NCBI RefSeq assembly: GCF_020885515.1
Contig: NZ_AP024987.1
Location: 120,001-152,000 of the forward strand
Length of the DNA: 32,000 nt
Direction: 5' to 3'
Source of the DNA: a cyanobacterium endosymbiont of Braarudosphaera bigelowii
GTDB lineage: Bacteria > Cyanobacteriota > Cyanobacteriia > Cyanobacteriales > Microcystaceae
This document shows positions 19,674 to 28,740 of the stretch, piece by piece. Position 1 is the stretch's first letter, and the number at the start of each line of letters is the position of its first letter. The notes beneath the pieces were generated by a model. That model made no database searches. It was not told the DNA's origin and saw only the letters and a program-made list of their open reading frames with translations. A program made the translations under genes and the position numbers.

Positions 19674-19711
19674 ATATATATAAATAGTTTTCCAAAACTA
19701 TTTATATATAT
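19674..19711. repeat. Inverted repeat, 18-bp perfect arms
   Basis: ATATATATAAATAGTTTT (19674-19691) cc AAAACTATTTATATATAT (19694-19711), followed by gATTTTTcc. Confidence 0.7.
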
Positions 19712-19860
19712 GATTTTTCCTTCTATATTTTTGTAAAAAAAGAATTATCTCATAGATAATTTGGAGCAATTTAGGTTTGTCTTACATTAATAAATTTTCA
19801 CTAAATAATTCTTCTGCAAAGACTTTGAAGTTTATTTTAATATTAAAAATACAAGAGTTC

Positions 19861-19898
19861 TTACTACCTGTTGGAAAAATAACAGGTAGTAAACTTTT
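19861..19898 (+). terminator. Terminator-like hairpin, 12-bp perfect stem then T tract
   Basis: TTACTACCTGTT (19861-19872) ggaaaaat AACAGGTAGTAA (19881-19892) acTTTTTc. Confidence 0.65.
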
Positions 19899-20169
19899 TC
19901 ATAATAGATTTATCTACAGAATTGTTACGAGTAAGAGATATAAGAAAATTGTTGTACAGGAGTCTAAAGACAGCAAAGTTACGTTCAATTTTTTAGCTAT
20001 TTAATGCTTTAATGTATCCTTTCATAAACGTTTTAATTAATTTAGAAAAAATTAATTAACTGAATTTCACCACTTTCAAAGTTTTTATAGCCATTAAAGA
20101 CTTCCTGTAAATAGTTTCCATAAAATTAAATTACTTCTAGGCTTAGCTAAGGCAGAGATTTATTTAAAA

Positions 20170-20220
20170 AATTTTCTTATTTAAGAAATATTATTTTTAA
20201 ATTTCTTAAATAAGAAAATT
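20170..20220. repeat. Inverted repeat, 20-bp perfect arms, upstream of pepA
   Basis: AATTTTCTTATTTAAGAAAT (20170-20189) attatttttaa ATTTCTTAAATAAGAAAATT (20201-20220). Confidence 0.75.
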
Positions 20221-20293
20221 AATACTTGTTTTCAAGCTCGGATATCTGTAGCCTTCTCGAGGTAAAATGAAAATGAAAAATCATAATGAGTAA

Positions 20294-21778
20294 TTGAGAA
20301 TATACATGAAAATTCATGGAAGTAATACCTCTTTATTAGATTGTGCGGGGGATGCAATTGCTATTGGCTTATTTGAAAACGAAATAAATTTAGTAGGAGA
20401 ACTAGATCAGTTAAATAGAAGAACAGAGGGAACCTTACAAGAATTAATAGATGAAACCAGATTTGAAGGAAAATTAGGTTGTATTGTAGCGACTCGTGTT
20501 GGAAGTAGTGCTCCCATTCGCAAGATTCTTTTAATTGGTTTAGGAAAATCTGAAGAATTTACATTAAATAGTTTACGCTCGAATATCGCTTCTATTACCC
20601 GTTTTTGGAAAAAAGAACATATTAAAACTTTATGCTTACAATTTCCTATTTTTGATAATAACTCTAGCCTAACTACAGAGATAATTGTTGAAGGATTATT
20701 ATTGTCATTACATCAAGATAATCGATTCAAATCTAATTCAGAAGATAAAATTTTAGAATTACAAACTATTAATATTTTAGGAGTTGGAGAACAGGTAGAA
20801 GCTATTAATCGTGCTCAAATAGTTTGTTCCGGAGTAATTATGGCACGAGAGTTGGTAAATGCTCCTGCTAATTATATAAATCCTATAACTTTTGCTAAAG
20901 TCGCCGAGGAATTAGCAAATGAATATAATTTAGAAATTGAAATTTTAGAACGAGACGAATGCGTTAAGCTTGGGATGGGAGCTTTCTTAGGAGTTGCACA
21001 AGCATCAGATCTGCCACCTAAATTTATTCACTTGACATATAAGCCAGAAAGTATACCTGAGCGCAAAATAGCTATTGTAGGTAAAAGCTTAACTTTTGAC
21101 TCAGGAGGACTTAATTTAAAAGGTTCTAGTAGTGGAATTGAGGTAATGAAAATGGATATGGGTGGTGGCGCAGCTACTCTAGGTGTTGCTAAGGCTATTG
21201 CTCAACTTAAACCTAATGTAGAAGTACATTTTATTTGTGCTGTGACAGAAAATATGATTAGTGGATGTGCAATACATCCTGGTGACATATTAACTGCATC
21301 TAATGGTAAGACTATTGAAGTCAATAATACAGATGCTGAAGGACGCTTAACTTTAGCAGATGCTCTAATATTTGCTGAGAAGCTAAAAGTAGATGTTATT
21401 TTAGACATAGCCACTCTAACTGGTGCGTGTGTCGTAGCTCTAGGAGATAACATTTCTGGACTATGGAGTACAGATAATAATCTAATTAACGAAATAAAAA
21501 CTGCATCAGAAAAATCAGGGGAACAGTTTTGGCAAATGCCAATGGAGGATAAATATTTTGAAAGTTTAAAATCTCCTATAGCCGATATGAAGAACACAGG
21601 TCCAAGAGCTGCAGGAGCAATTACAGCAGCCTTATTTTTAAAACAATTCGTTGAAAAAACTCCTTGGCTACATTTAGATATAGCTGGAACAGCTTGGATT
21701 GATAAGGAAAATGGAGTTAATAACTTTGGAGCAACAGGCGTTCCAGTACGAACTCTTGTTAATTGGCTTGTAAAGTAA
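20294..21778 (+). CDS. pepA: Leucyl aminopeptidase (M17)
   Basis: [41 protein letters not shown] and [19 protein letters not shown] signature; start may be ATG 20294 or the downstream MKIHGS. Confidence 0.96.
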   Translation: MRIYMKIHGSNTSLLDCAGDAIAIGLFENEINLVGELDQLNRRTEGTLQELIDETRFEGKLGCIVATRVGSSAPIRKILLIGLGKSEEFTLNSLRSNIASITRFWKKEHIKTLCLQFPIFDNNSSLTTEIIVEGLLLSLHQDNRFKSNSEDKILELQTINILGVGEQVEAINRAQIVCSGVIMARELVNAPANYINPITFAKVAEELANEYNLEIEILERDECVKLGMGAFLGVAQASDLPPKFIHLTYKPESIPERKIAIVGKSLTFDSGGLNLKGSSSGIEVMKMDMGGGAATLGVAKAIAQLKPNVEVHFICAVTENMISGCAIHPGDILTASNGKTIEVNNTDAEGRLTLADALIFAEKLKVDVILDIATLTGACVVALGDNISGLWSTDNNLINEIKTASEKSGEQFWQMPMEDKYFESLKSPIADMKNTGPRAAGAITAALFLKQFVEKTPWLHLDIAGTAWIDKENGVNNFGATGVPVRTLVNWLVK

Positions 21779-21852
21779 GCTTTATTATATAAATATGATA
21801 TGAGTGAACTATATACTGGGTGAGCAAATTGTAGTTGCACTTAATAATTAGC

Positions 21853-23874
21853 TCATCTCATTTCTGCAATTGCTCCTTTAGCCATTTGTGCTATTGCCTT
21901 ATCTGTAGCTGTAGGTAATTGGTAATATTTGCCTCCTGCAGCTTCAGCTAGCTCTCTCCCGAATCCTGTAGAAACAAATTTTTTTTCAGTATCTATCATT
22001 AATAATTTAATACCTAACATTCTTATTTTACCGGCAATATTTAATAATTCTTCTTTAATATTAGGTTTATCTTCTTGCGATGCCTCTTCGCCTAAAGAAC
22101 GAGATAATGAAACATTTCCTCGACCATCAGTAATAGCAACAACTACTACTTGACCAATATCGCCTGACATTTTAGCATTCATACCTACTTTAACTGCTTG
22201 AGTTAAACCATGAGCTAGTGGAGAACCACCACCACAAGGCAAAGTCTCTAATCTTTTTCGTGCAAGAGAAATTGAGCGAGTTGGTGGTAATAAAACATCA
22301 GCTTGTTCTCCTCTAAAAGGAATCAATGCAATTTGATCTCTATTTTCATATGCTTCTGTTAAAAGCCTCATTACTGCACCTTTTGCTGATTGCATTCTAT
22401 TTAGGGCCATAGAACCAGAGGCATCCACAACAAAAACAATTAGTGCGCCTGCTTTTCTAACTAATCTTTTAGAGCGAATATCTTCCTGCTGAACAATAAC
22501 ATTCCGCTCAGGGTGACGTAACCGTCGCTTTTTCTGATATGGAGCAGCTACCCTCAAAGTTGCATCAACAGCGATACGATTCACTCTACCCTTAGGTAAC
22601 ATAGGTTTAATATAGCGTCCTCTATCATTAGAAAAAATTAAGTTACGACTTCCCGACTTTCCTTGACTTTGAGATTTTTGAGCAAAAGACAATATATCGG
22701 CGTCCATAATAGTTCCTTCAATATCAAAAACAAATTCTTGAGGTATTTCTGAATCTTGTTCTTCTTTTTCATTATTATTCTCTTCTTCCTCACTTTCTGT
22801 GTTTTCCTCTGTATTTTGTTGTTCATCAGAACTTTGTTGTTCTTTAGGTGGAGGTGGAGGTGGAGAATTATTTTCCTCAGGAACTTGTTGCATACCAGAA
22901 CGAGGAACAATTACCAATTCTACTGCTTTCCTTAAATCATCAGTACTTACTATGTCGTTACCATTTAGTGCGGCCAAAGCTTTAGCAACTTGCGTAGCAA
23001 ATATTTCAGCTCTATGTCCCTCAACTCCCCCTCTAAGTGCTTCTTCTACTAAATACTGAATTTGGTTATTTTTTATTTTTACTTCTTTTAACCATTCTCG
23101 AGCTAATATGATATCAGTTTTAATATTTTCTATCTCTTCATCGTACTGTTTACTAAATAATTCTGAAGAATCAAAGTAATGAATAACTTTATTAACGGCC
23201 TCTACTCTTTGTTTGATTTCTAACGTATCGTCAGAGGAAAGAGCAATTGCTATTCTATCTAATATGTGCTTTCTTAAAGGACCCTCTTCAGGATTATAAG
23301 TTGCGATAACAATAGGTTTACAAGGGTGTTGAAAACTAATACCTTCTCTCTCAACCTTGTTCCAACCTTCTGTTAAAACAGTTAGCAACTGATTAGAGAC
23401 TTGATCATCTAATAAATTAATTTCATCAATATATAAAACTCCGCGATGGGCTTGTGCCAATAATCCAGGTTGAAACACTGGTTCTCCTGCTTTGACAGAT
23501 GCTTCTACATCTATGGAACCTAATAATCTATCTTCTGTTATTCCGAGAGGTAATTGAATGAAAGGAACAGAAATAATTTCCGTAGCAATAGAATTTAATT
23601 CAACATGTAAATATTTTTCTCTCGTATCAGAATCCCACTCTTCAGGAACATTATATTTACAATTAAAAGAATTATTTTTTATTCGTTCGATGGGAGGCAA
23701 CAGAGAATGAACTCCTCTTGCAAGTACAGATTTCGCTGTTCCTCGGCGGCCGGCGATAACTACACCACCTAAATTTAAGTCTACTGCTGCTAATAATAAG
23801 GCTAATTTAATGGATTGTTTTCCAATAACAGCAGTCATTGGAAAACTGGGAGGCGTAAGAATAGGAGTAGACAT
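21853..23874 (-). CDS. chlD: Magnesium chelatase subunit D
   Basis: AAA+ domain [19 protein letters not shown], central acidic/Pro-rich linker ([28 protein letters not shown]), C-terminal VWA domain [26 protein letters not shown]. Confidence 0.96.
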   Translation of the reverse strand: MSTPILTPPSFPMTAVIGKQSIKLALLLAAVDLNLGGVVIAGRRGTAKSVLARGVHSLLPPIERIKNNSFNCKYNVPEEWDSDTREKYLHVELNSIATEIISVPFIQLPLGITEDRLLGSIDVEASVKAGEPVFQPGLLAQAHRGVLYIDEINLLDDQVSNQLLTVLTEGWNKVEREGISFQHPCKPIVIATYNPEEGPLRKHILDRIAIALSSDDTLEIKQRVEAVNKVIHYFDSSELFSKQYDEEIENIKTDIILAREWLKEVKIKNNQIQYLVEEALRGGVEGHRAEIFATQVAKALAALNGNDIVSTDDLRKAVELVIVPRSGMQQVPEENNSPPPPPPKEQQSSDEQQNTEENTESEEEENNNEKEEQDSEIPQEFVFDIEGTIMDADILSFAQKSQSQGKSGSRNLIFSNDRGRYIKPMLPKGRVNRIAVDATLRVAAPYQKKRRLRHPERNVIVQQEDIRSKRLVRKAGALIVFVVDASGSMALNRMQSAKGAVMRLLTEAYENRDQIALIPFRGEQADVLLPPTRSISLARKRLETLPCGGGSPLAHGLTQAVKVGMNAKMSGDIGQVVVVAITDGRGNVSLSRSLGEEASQEDKPNIKEELLNIAGKIRMLGIKLLMIDTEKKFVSTGFGRELAEAAGGKYYQLPTATDKAIAQMAKGAIAEMR

Positions 23875-24199
23875 TAAGAATTTTGTATTTAAAAAAAAAG
23901 GGCAAAGTAATTTTTATGTATTATCTATGATAATCATACTCTTAAAATTTTTAATCAAAAAATAGTTTTTTGTAATGTTTTTTGAGATTTTGTAGTTTGA
24001 TAATTAATTTATTTTTAATATATAAACTAACTTATATGTATTATTAATAATAATATGATTACCAGACTAATATTCTCTTCATGAAAAAAAATTATATTTG
24101 TAAGTTTTGAGTCATGAAAATCTAAATAAATAAATTATTATAATCACGTACAATAAGTTTAAAGATTCATCTGCAATTATAAAAAATTACAAAGTCAAT

Positions 24200-25294
24200 A
24201 TGTATAGTTCGTTCGAGCGTTTTTATCAATTAATAAAACAATTTCGTACCAAATTGCATAGTCTGTCTTTTTTAGACATAAAACAAAATAAAAAAATTGT
24301 AAAGTCATCATCCTCAAATCTTCTTAGTGATAAAGATTATGAATTTTTACTTAACCAACTACTAGATGGTGTTACCCATGGATGGCATGAAGGAAGAATT
24401 CTTAAATATTTTGAAGATTTAGAAGAGAGGGGAAAAGCAAAATTATGGATATCATGGCTAAGCAAATTTAGAGAAAAGGTCCTATCATCTGACAATCCTG
24501 ATTTACAACTTGCATCAAGAATGATGCGGCTTGGCGAATTAGCCCAATCTTTCCCATCCATTGAACCTGTTGGAAAAATTTCCTATGATATTGGTCAAGA
24601 ACTTTTTAATAAGAAAACAGAAAACGAAATTTGGGAATATATTGACATTGACACTTCAGATATTAAAAACAATATTTTAACAGAGCAAATTTTCCCTTCC
24701 ATATCACTTAAAAAAGAATCTTTAATAGTTGAAGATCTAGAATACAGTTCACGGAATAATGAAGATCCTATAGTTTATTTATCTGATGAATTAAGTTCTA
24801 GTTCAATAAATTCTAAAAGTTCGGCTGCAGATATCTCTGCACTATCTAAAGAATATTTTGAAAGAGGAATGGAAAGGTTTAAGTTGAGAGATTGGGAAAA
24901 AGCTATTTTTTTATGGGATAAGGCTTTAGCAATTAATCCTTCTTTTTCTATTGCATGGTACAACCGAGGTAAAGCTTTAGTATGTTTAGGAGAAAATGAC
25001 CAGGCAATTTCAAGTTTTGATAATGCCTTGGCTCTTAATCCTAAAAATATTGATTTTTTAAATGCTAAAGCTCAACTTTTATATGATTTACAAAATTGGT
25101 CTGAATCTATTAAGGTATGGGAGCAAATTCTAAATTTTGAACCTTCTAATTACAAGATTTGGTATAATAGAGGCAGATGTTTAGAATCCATGAAACAAAT
25201 CTCTAAAGCAACAGATAGCTATAAAGAAGCTTTAAAAATAGTTCCTGATCTTAAGCCAGTTTTGAAGCGACTTCAAAAATTGTATGATACTTAA
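24200..25294 (+). CDS. TPR-repeat protein
   Basis: YFERGMERFKLRDWEKAIFLWDKALAINPSFSIAWYNRGKALVCLGENDQAISSFDNALALNPKNIDFLNAKAQLLYDLQNW: consecutive TPR units in the C-terminal half. Confidence 0.88.
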   Translation: MYSSFERFYQLIKQFRTKLHSLSFLDIKQNKKIVKSSSSNLLSDKDYEFLLNQLLDGVTHGWHEGRILKYFEDLEERGKAKLWISWLSKFREKVLSSDNPDLQLASRMMRLGELAQSFPSIEPVGKISYDIGQELFNKKTENEIWEYIDIDTSDIKNNILTEQIFPSISLKKESLIVEDLEYSSRNNEDPIVYLSDELSSSSINSKSSAADISALSKEYFERGMERFKLRDWEKAIFLWDKALAINPSFSIAWYNRGKALVCLGENDQAISSFDNALALNPKNIDFLNAKAQLLYDLQNWSESIKVWEQILNFEPSNYKIWYNRGRCLESMKQISKATDSYKEALKIVPDLKPVLKRLQKLYDT

Positions 25295-25344
25295 GCATAA
25301 TTCTCAATTAACAGATTAGAATTTTTATTATCCCCTCATTTTTT

Positions 25345-25995
25345 ATGGACTCTCAACTACGTGTATATGTCCCCGATCATCCTCTAATTAAGCATTGGCT
25401 AGGAATAGCTCGAGATATTAATACTCCAGACATTTTGTTTAAAACAGCTATAGTAGAGCTTGGCCGTTGGTTAACTTATGAAGCAACCAGGTATTGGCTC
25501 CCTATGATAGAAGCAACTGTACAAGGACCTTTAAGTACCTCTTCAATAGTACTAATTAATTCTAAAGTGCCTATTGCTGTCATTCCTGTTCTTCGCACAG
25601 GACTAGTTTTATTAGAAGGAGCGCAAACTTTACTTCCTTTGGCTAAAATCTATCATTTTGGACTTGAAGAGGATAGTAACGACTCAAAAATAACTTGTTA
25701 CTTAAATAAGCTACCTCAACAATTTACAAAATCAACTCAAATAGTTATTCTAGAGCCTGTTCTTGGTACAGGGGAACGAATCATGACAACCTTATCAGAA
25801 ATTGTTCAGCGTGGAGCAGATTTAAACTTAGTGCGTATTATTTCTGTGGTTGTTACTCCTAAGGCATTACAGAAGTTAAATCTTAAGTATCCTGTTTTAA
25901 ATATTTATACTGCTACTATTGACGAAAAAGTTGATGATAGTGGAAATATTATTCCTGGACTAGGAAATGTTGAAGAAAGAGCTTTTGGGACTTAA
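25345..25995 (+). CDS. upp: Uracil phosphoribosyltransferase
   Basis: VYVPDHPLIKHWLGIARD..., IAVIPVLRTGLVLLEGAQTLLPLAKIYHFGL, VILEPVLGTGERIMTTLSEIV, AFGT C-terminus. Confidence 0.9.
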   Translation: MDSQLRVYVPDHPLIKHWLGIARDINTPDILFKTAIVELGRWLTYEATRYWLPMIEATVQGPLSTSSIVLINSKVPIAVIPVLRTGLVLLEGAQTLLPLAKIYHFGLEEDSNDSKITCYLNKLPQQFTKSTQIVILEPVLGTGERIMTTLSEIVQRGADLNLVRIISVVVTPKALQKLNLKYPVLNIYTATIDEKVDDSGNIIPGLGNVEERAFGT

Positions 25996-26268
25996 AAGCA
26001 TATTGTAAATTGACCTTTATTCTTATCATAATTTCAATATTATTGAATAAAGATTGATTGAAAGACGAGAGAAGCAGCTAAAGCAAAAATTAAGGGAGAT
26101 AGTTGCTGTAAAATTATTAGGGTTATAGTTTTTTATCCTTTAAAAGTAGGATGTCTATCGCCACTGGGTTAAGATTTTTTCTACCCTAACTTTATTAAGA
26201 TTTAATTTTTTTACAAAAAAGCTTGCCAAAAATGTCAGTTTATTGCTACCATTATTGGGTGATCTTAA

Positions 26269-26340
26269 TCCTCAGTAGCTCAGTGGTAGAGCGGTCGGCT
26301 GTTAACCGATTGGTCGTAGGTTCGAATCCTACCTGGGGAG
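26269..26340 (+). tRNA. tRNA-Asn (GUU)
   Basis: TCCTCAGTAGCTCAGTGGTAGAGCGGTCGGCTGTTAACCGATTGGTCGTAGGTTCGAATCCTACCTGGGGAG: complete cloverleaf, GTT anticodon, no encoded CCA. Confidence 0.96.
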
Positions 26341-26469
26341 TCTTAATATTCAAGTTTATAGATTTATAGCCTGACTTATGTTAATGAGCCTCCAGTAAAA
26401 TAATTTTATGGTAAAAGCATAATATTCAATGTATTTTAAAAATTATGATACAAAATTAAATATATGTGT

Positions 26470-26608
26470 TATACTCAAGCTCGAGAAACCTAAGTATTCG
26501 GTAGTAGATTTTGTTATCAGCATTGACGGGTATACCCCTTTCAGCCTTTGTACGATTCTCTCCGATCACTCAATCTCTACACATTTGCAAATTACGGAGA
26601 TAATCTGA
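26470..26608 (+). promoter_or_regulatory. Promoter and ~130-nt 5' leader of rbp copy 2
   Basis: gtgtTATACT (-10, 26470-26475), TTCGGTAGT, TTTGTTATCAGCATTGACGGGTA, CTCTCCGA, TCTCTACA and CGGAGA in the same order as leader 1. Confidence 0.72.
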
Positions 26609-26899
26609 ATGTCTATTTATGTAGGAAATCTATCCTATGATGTAACTAAAGAAGACCTTAATGAAGTTTTTACAGACTATGGTGAGGTTAAGCGTGTTCA
26701 TATTCCAACAGATCGTGACACTGGACGTATGCGTGGCTTCGCTTTTGTAGAGATGAATTCTGATGATCAAGAAGAGCAGGCCATTTCCACTCTAGATGGA
26801 GCAGAATGGATGGGACGTACTCTAAAAGTAAATAAAGCTAAAGAACGTGAGCCTCGTGGTTCCTTCAATGGTGGTGGTAGAGGGCGTGGACGCTTTTAG
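26609..26899 (+). CDS. RRM-type RNA-binding protein with Gly/Arg-rich tail (cyanobacterial Rbp family)
   Basis: MSIYVGNLSYDVTKEDLNEVFTDYGEVKRVHIPTDRDTGRMRGFAFVEM... ending RGSFNGGGRGRGRF. Confidence 0.95.
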   Translation: MSIYVGNLSYDVTKEDLNEVFTDYGEVKRVHIPTDRDTGRMRGFAFVEMNSDDQEEQAISTLDGAEWMGRTLKVNKAKEREPRGSFNGGGRGRGRF

Positions 26900-26989
26900 G
26901 TATCAGCAACATTAAACTGTTAATAAATAGGAGTAGGAAGTTTAAACTTCCTACTCCTATTTATTAACAGTTTAATGTTGCTGATACCT
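26898..26989. repeat. 92-bp perfect palindrome (46-bp arms, no spacer)
   Basis: AGGTATCAGCAACATTAAACTGTTAATAAATAGGAGTAGGAAGTTT immediately followed by its exact reverse complement; centre between 26943 and 26944. Confidence 0.95.
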
Positions 26990-27537
26990 CAAGAGTATTA
27001 TCTTCAAATTTTTGTTAATTACCTAAACGACAAATAGTTAAGTTGATATTAGACATAATAATTTCTTTTACTACTTAGAGTGAATATATTACACTGATCA
27101 CAAGTAATAGAGTCAATTATCTGTTACCAAAATGTTGTAAAACCCTACTATTCAATTTTGAAATTTTAATTAAATATTTGGGATTTGACCTACTCTTAGT
27201 TAAATCATTATAAGAACCATATCTCAAAATTATTCTATGACAATTTAAATATATAGAATGTCATCATAAGTGTAAATACTTAAAGATATGATTTAAAGCC
27301 ATATAAATAATGGAACTTTGCTTAAAGAAAATCGTCTGAAACCAAGCAAGCATTATTTTACAAAATTAAAGAATTAAGTTTATTTTGAAAATATTCAATA
27401 CCAATTAAAATTAAACATTGACGTCTAAATTAATTTTTTTAAAATGCAATATTATCTTACAAGATTACTAATAAGCTCAAATATCTTTTATTTTTAACTT
27501 TATCTTAGAAACTAACTAAAAACATATTTAATTTTAA

Positions 27538-28713
27538 TTGGAAAATATAACTATGAGACAGCTTAAAAAATGGTTAAAAAATAAACTTGTTAACGTTTTA
27601 GTACCAGAAATTGATCAACGATTAGCAATCAATCAAAAACTTGAAGAAGTAGGGCTATATGGAACAGCGCCATGGTACAAAGAAAATCTTTGGGAACCTA
27701 CTGTACAACTGGTTTTAAGAGATCTATGTCTTCCTGGAGACACAGTTTTTGATGTAGGGGCAAATTTTGCTGGTCTAACAACTATCATGTCTCGAATGGT
27801 TGGTCCTAAAGGAACAGTCTGTTCTTTTGAAGCTAGTCCTCGGATTGTTGATAAATGTCAACGAAATATTGTGAATAATGGTTGTAGTAATACACAGTTA
27901 TTTCATTCAGCTGTTTACTCAAAATCTTATGAAAAAGTTCCTCTTTATCTAGGTACGCATCTTAATGATAGCATCTATAAAGACTATTCTGTTGGAGAAG
28001 CTGCCTATGAAATTTCCACTATTGCTCTAGATGATTTTGTCGAACACACAAACTTAAAACCCAATCTTGTTAAAATGGACATTGAAGGGGCAGAATTTGA
28101 TGCAATACAAGGAATGGAAAAAACCATTAGATCTATCAAGCCTCATTTAATTTTAGAAACTCAAGCTGAAGATAGTAGATGCTTAGACTTTTTATCTGCA
28201 CTTGGTTATATTTCAATTGACTTAAATACCTATAAGATTATAAAAACTCCTGAAGATTATCCGTCAGGAGTAGGGATAAGGAATAATTTATACATTCATC
28301 GGGATAGGTTATCAGAAACTTCTTATAATCCACCTTTTAACTTTAAAAAAATTACTACTTTAGAATCTAATCATTTCAAGAAAGAAAAAAATGGTTCCAT
28401 AAATCTTCAAAAACCATTAAGTCTTAGTAAAGGTCGGTATTTAATAGATGTAATGTTTACTGCTGAAGGAACCGATAATGATTTAACTTGTGGTGTTAAT
28501 GTAGCTGGAAAGCCAATTTTTCGTTACCATGCATACAGTAATTTGCTTGCATCTCATTATCGTGATTGGGTAATTCATCTTTCTAATGATTCAGAAATTG
28601 ATTTATATTTTAATTTTCTTAACCAGACATTTGATGATACCTTATTAATACAAAGAGCTACAATAACGGAAATCCTAGATTTTAAAAATACATCTACTAA
28701 TCTATACATTTAA
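27538..28713 (+). CDS. FkbM family methyltransferase (likely start ATG 27553)
   Basis: GDTVFDVGANFAGLTTIMSRMVGPKGTVCSFEASPRIVDKCQRNI...LDDFVEHTNLKPNLVKMDIEGAEFDAIQGMEKTIRSIKPHLILETQ. Confidence 0.9.
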   Translation: MENITMRQLKKWLKNKLVNVLVPEIDQRLAINQKLEEVGLYGTAPWYKENLWEPTVQLVLRDLCLPGDTVFDVGANFAGLTTIMSRMVGPKGTVCSFEASPRIVDKCQRNIVNNGCSNTQLFHSAVYSKSYEKVPLYLGTHLNDSIYKDYSVGEAAYEISTIALDDFVEHTNLKPNLVKMDIEGAEFDAIQGMEKTIRSIKPHLILETQAEDSRCLDFLSALGYISIDLNTYKIIKTPEDYPSGVGIRNNLYIHRDRLSETSYNPPFNFKKITTLESNHFKKEKNGSINLQKPLSLSKGRYLIDVMFTAEGTDNDLTCGVNVAGKPIFRYHAYSNLLASHYRDWVIHLSNDSEIDLYFNFLNQTFDDTLLIQRATITEILDFKNTSTNLYI

Positions 28714-28740
28714 GATTTTCCAAAGAACTATTACAATACT

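Noticed and set aside
19777-20004. 75-aa + strand ORF in the gshA-pepA gap
   Set aside because: Contains a perfect 12-bp stem hairpin plus T tract (19861-19898), no motif and AT-driven composition; more likely noncoding.
21202-23059. ORFs opposite pepA (21202..21840) and opposite or alternative-frame in chlD (21929, 22638, 22799)
   Set aside because: Shadow ORFs; the 22799 Gly/Ser-rich one is the antisense of the Pro-rich linker of ChlD.
24337-24963. Minus-strand ORFs within the TPR gene
   Set aside because: Antisense of a protein with clear TPR repeats.
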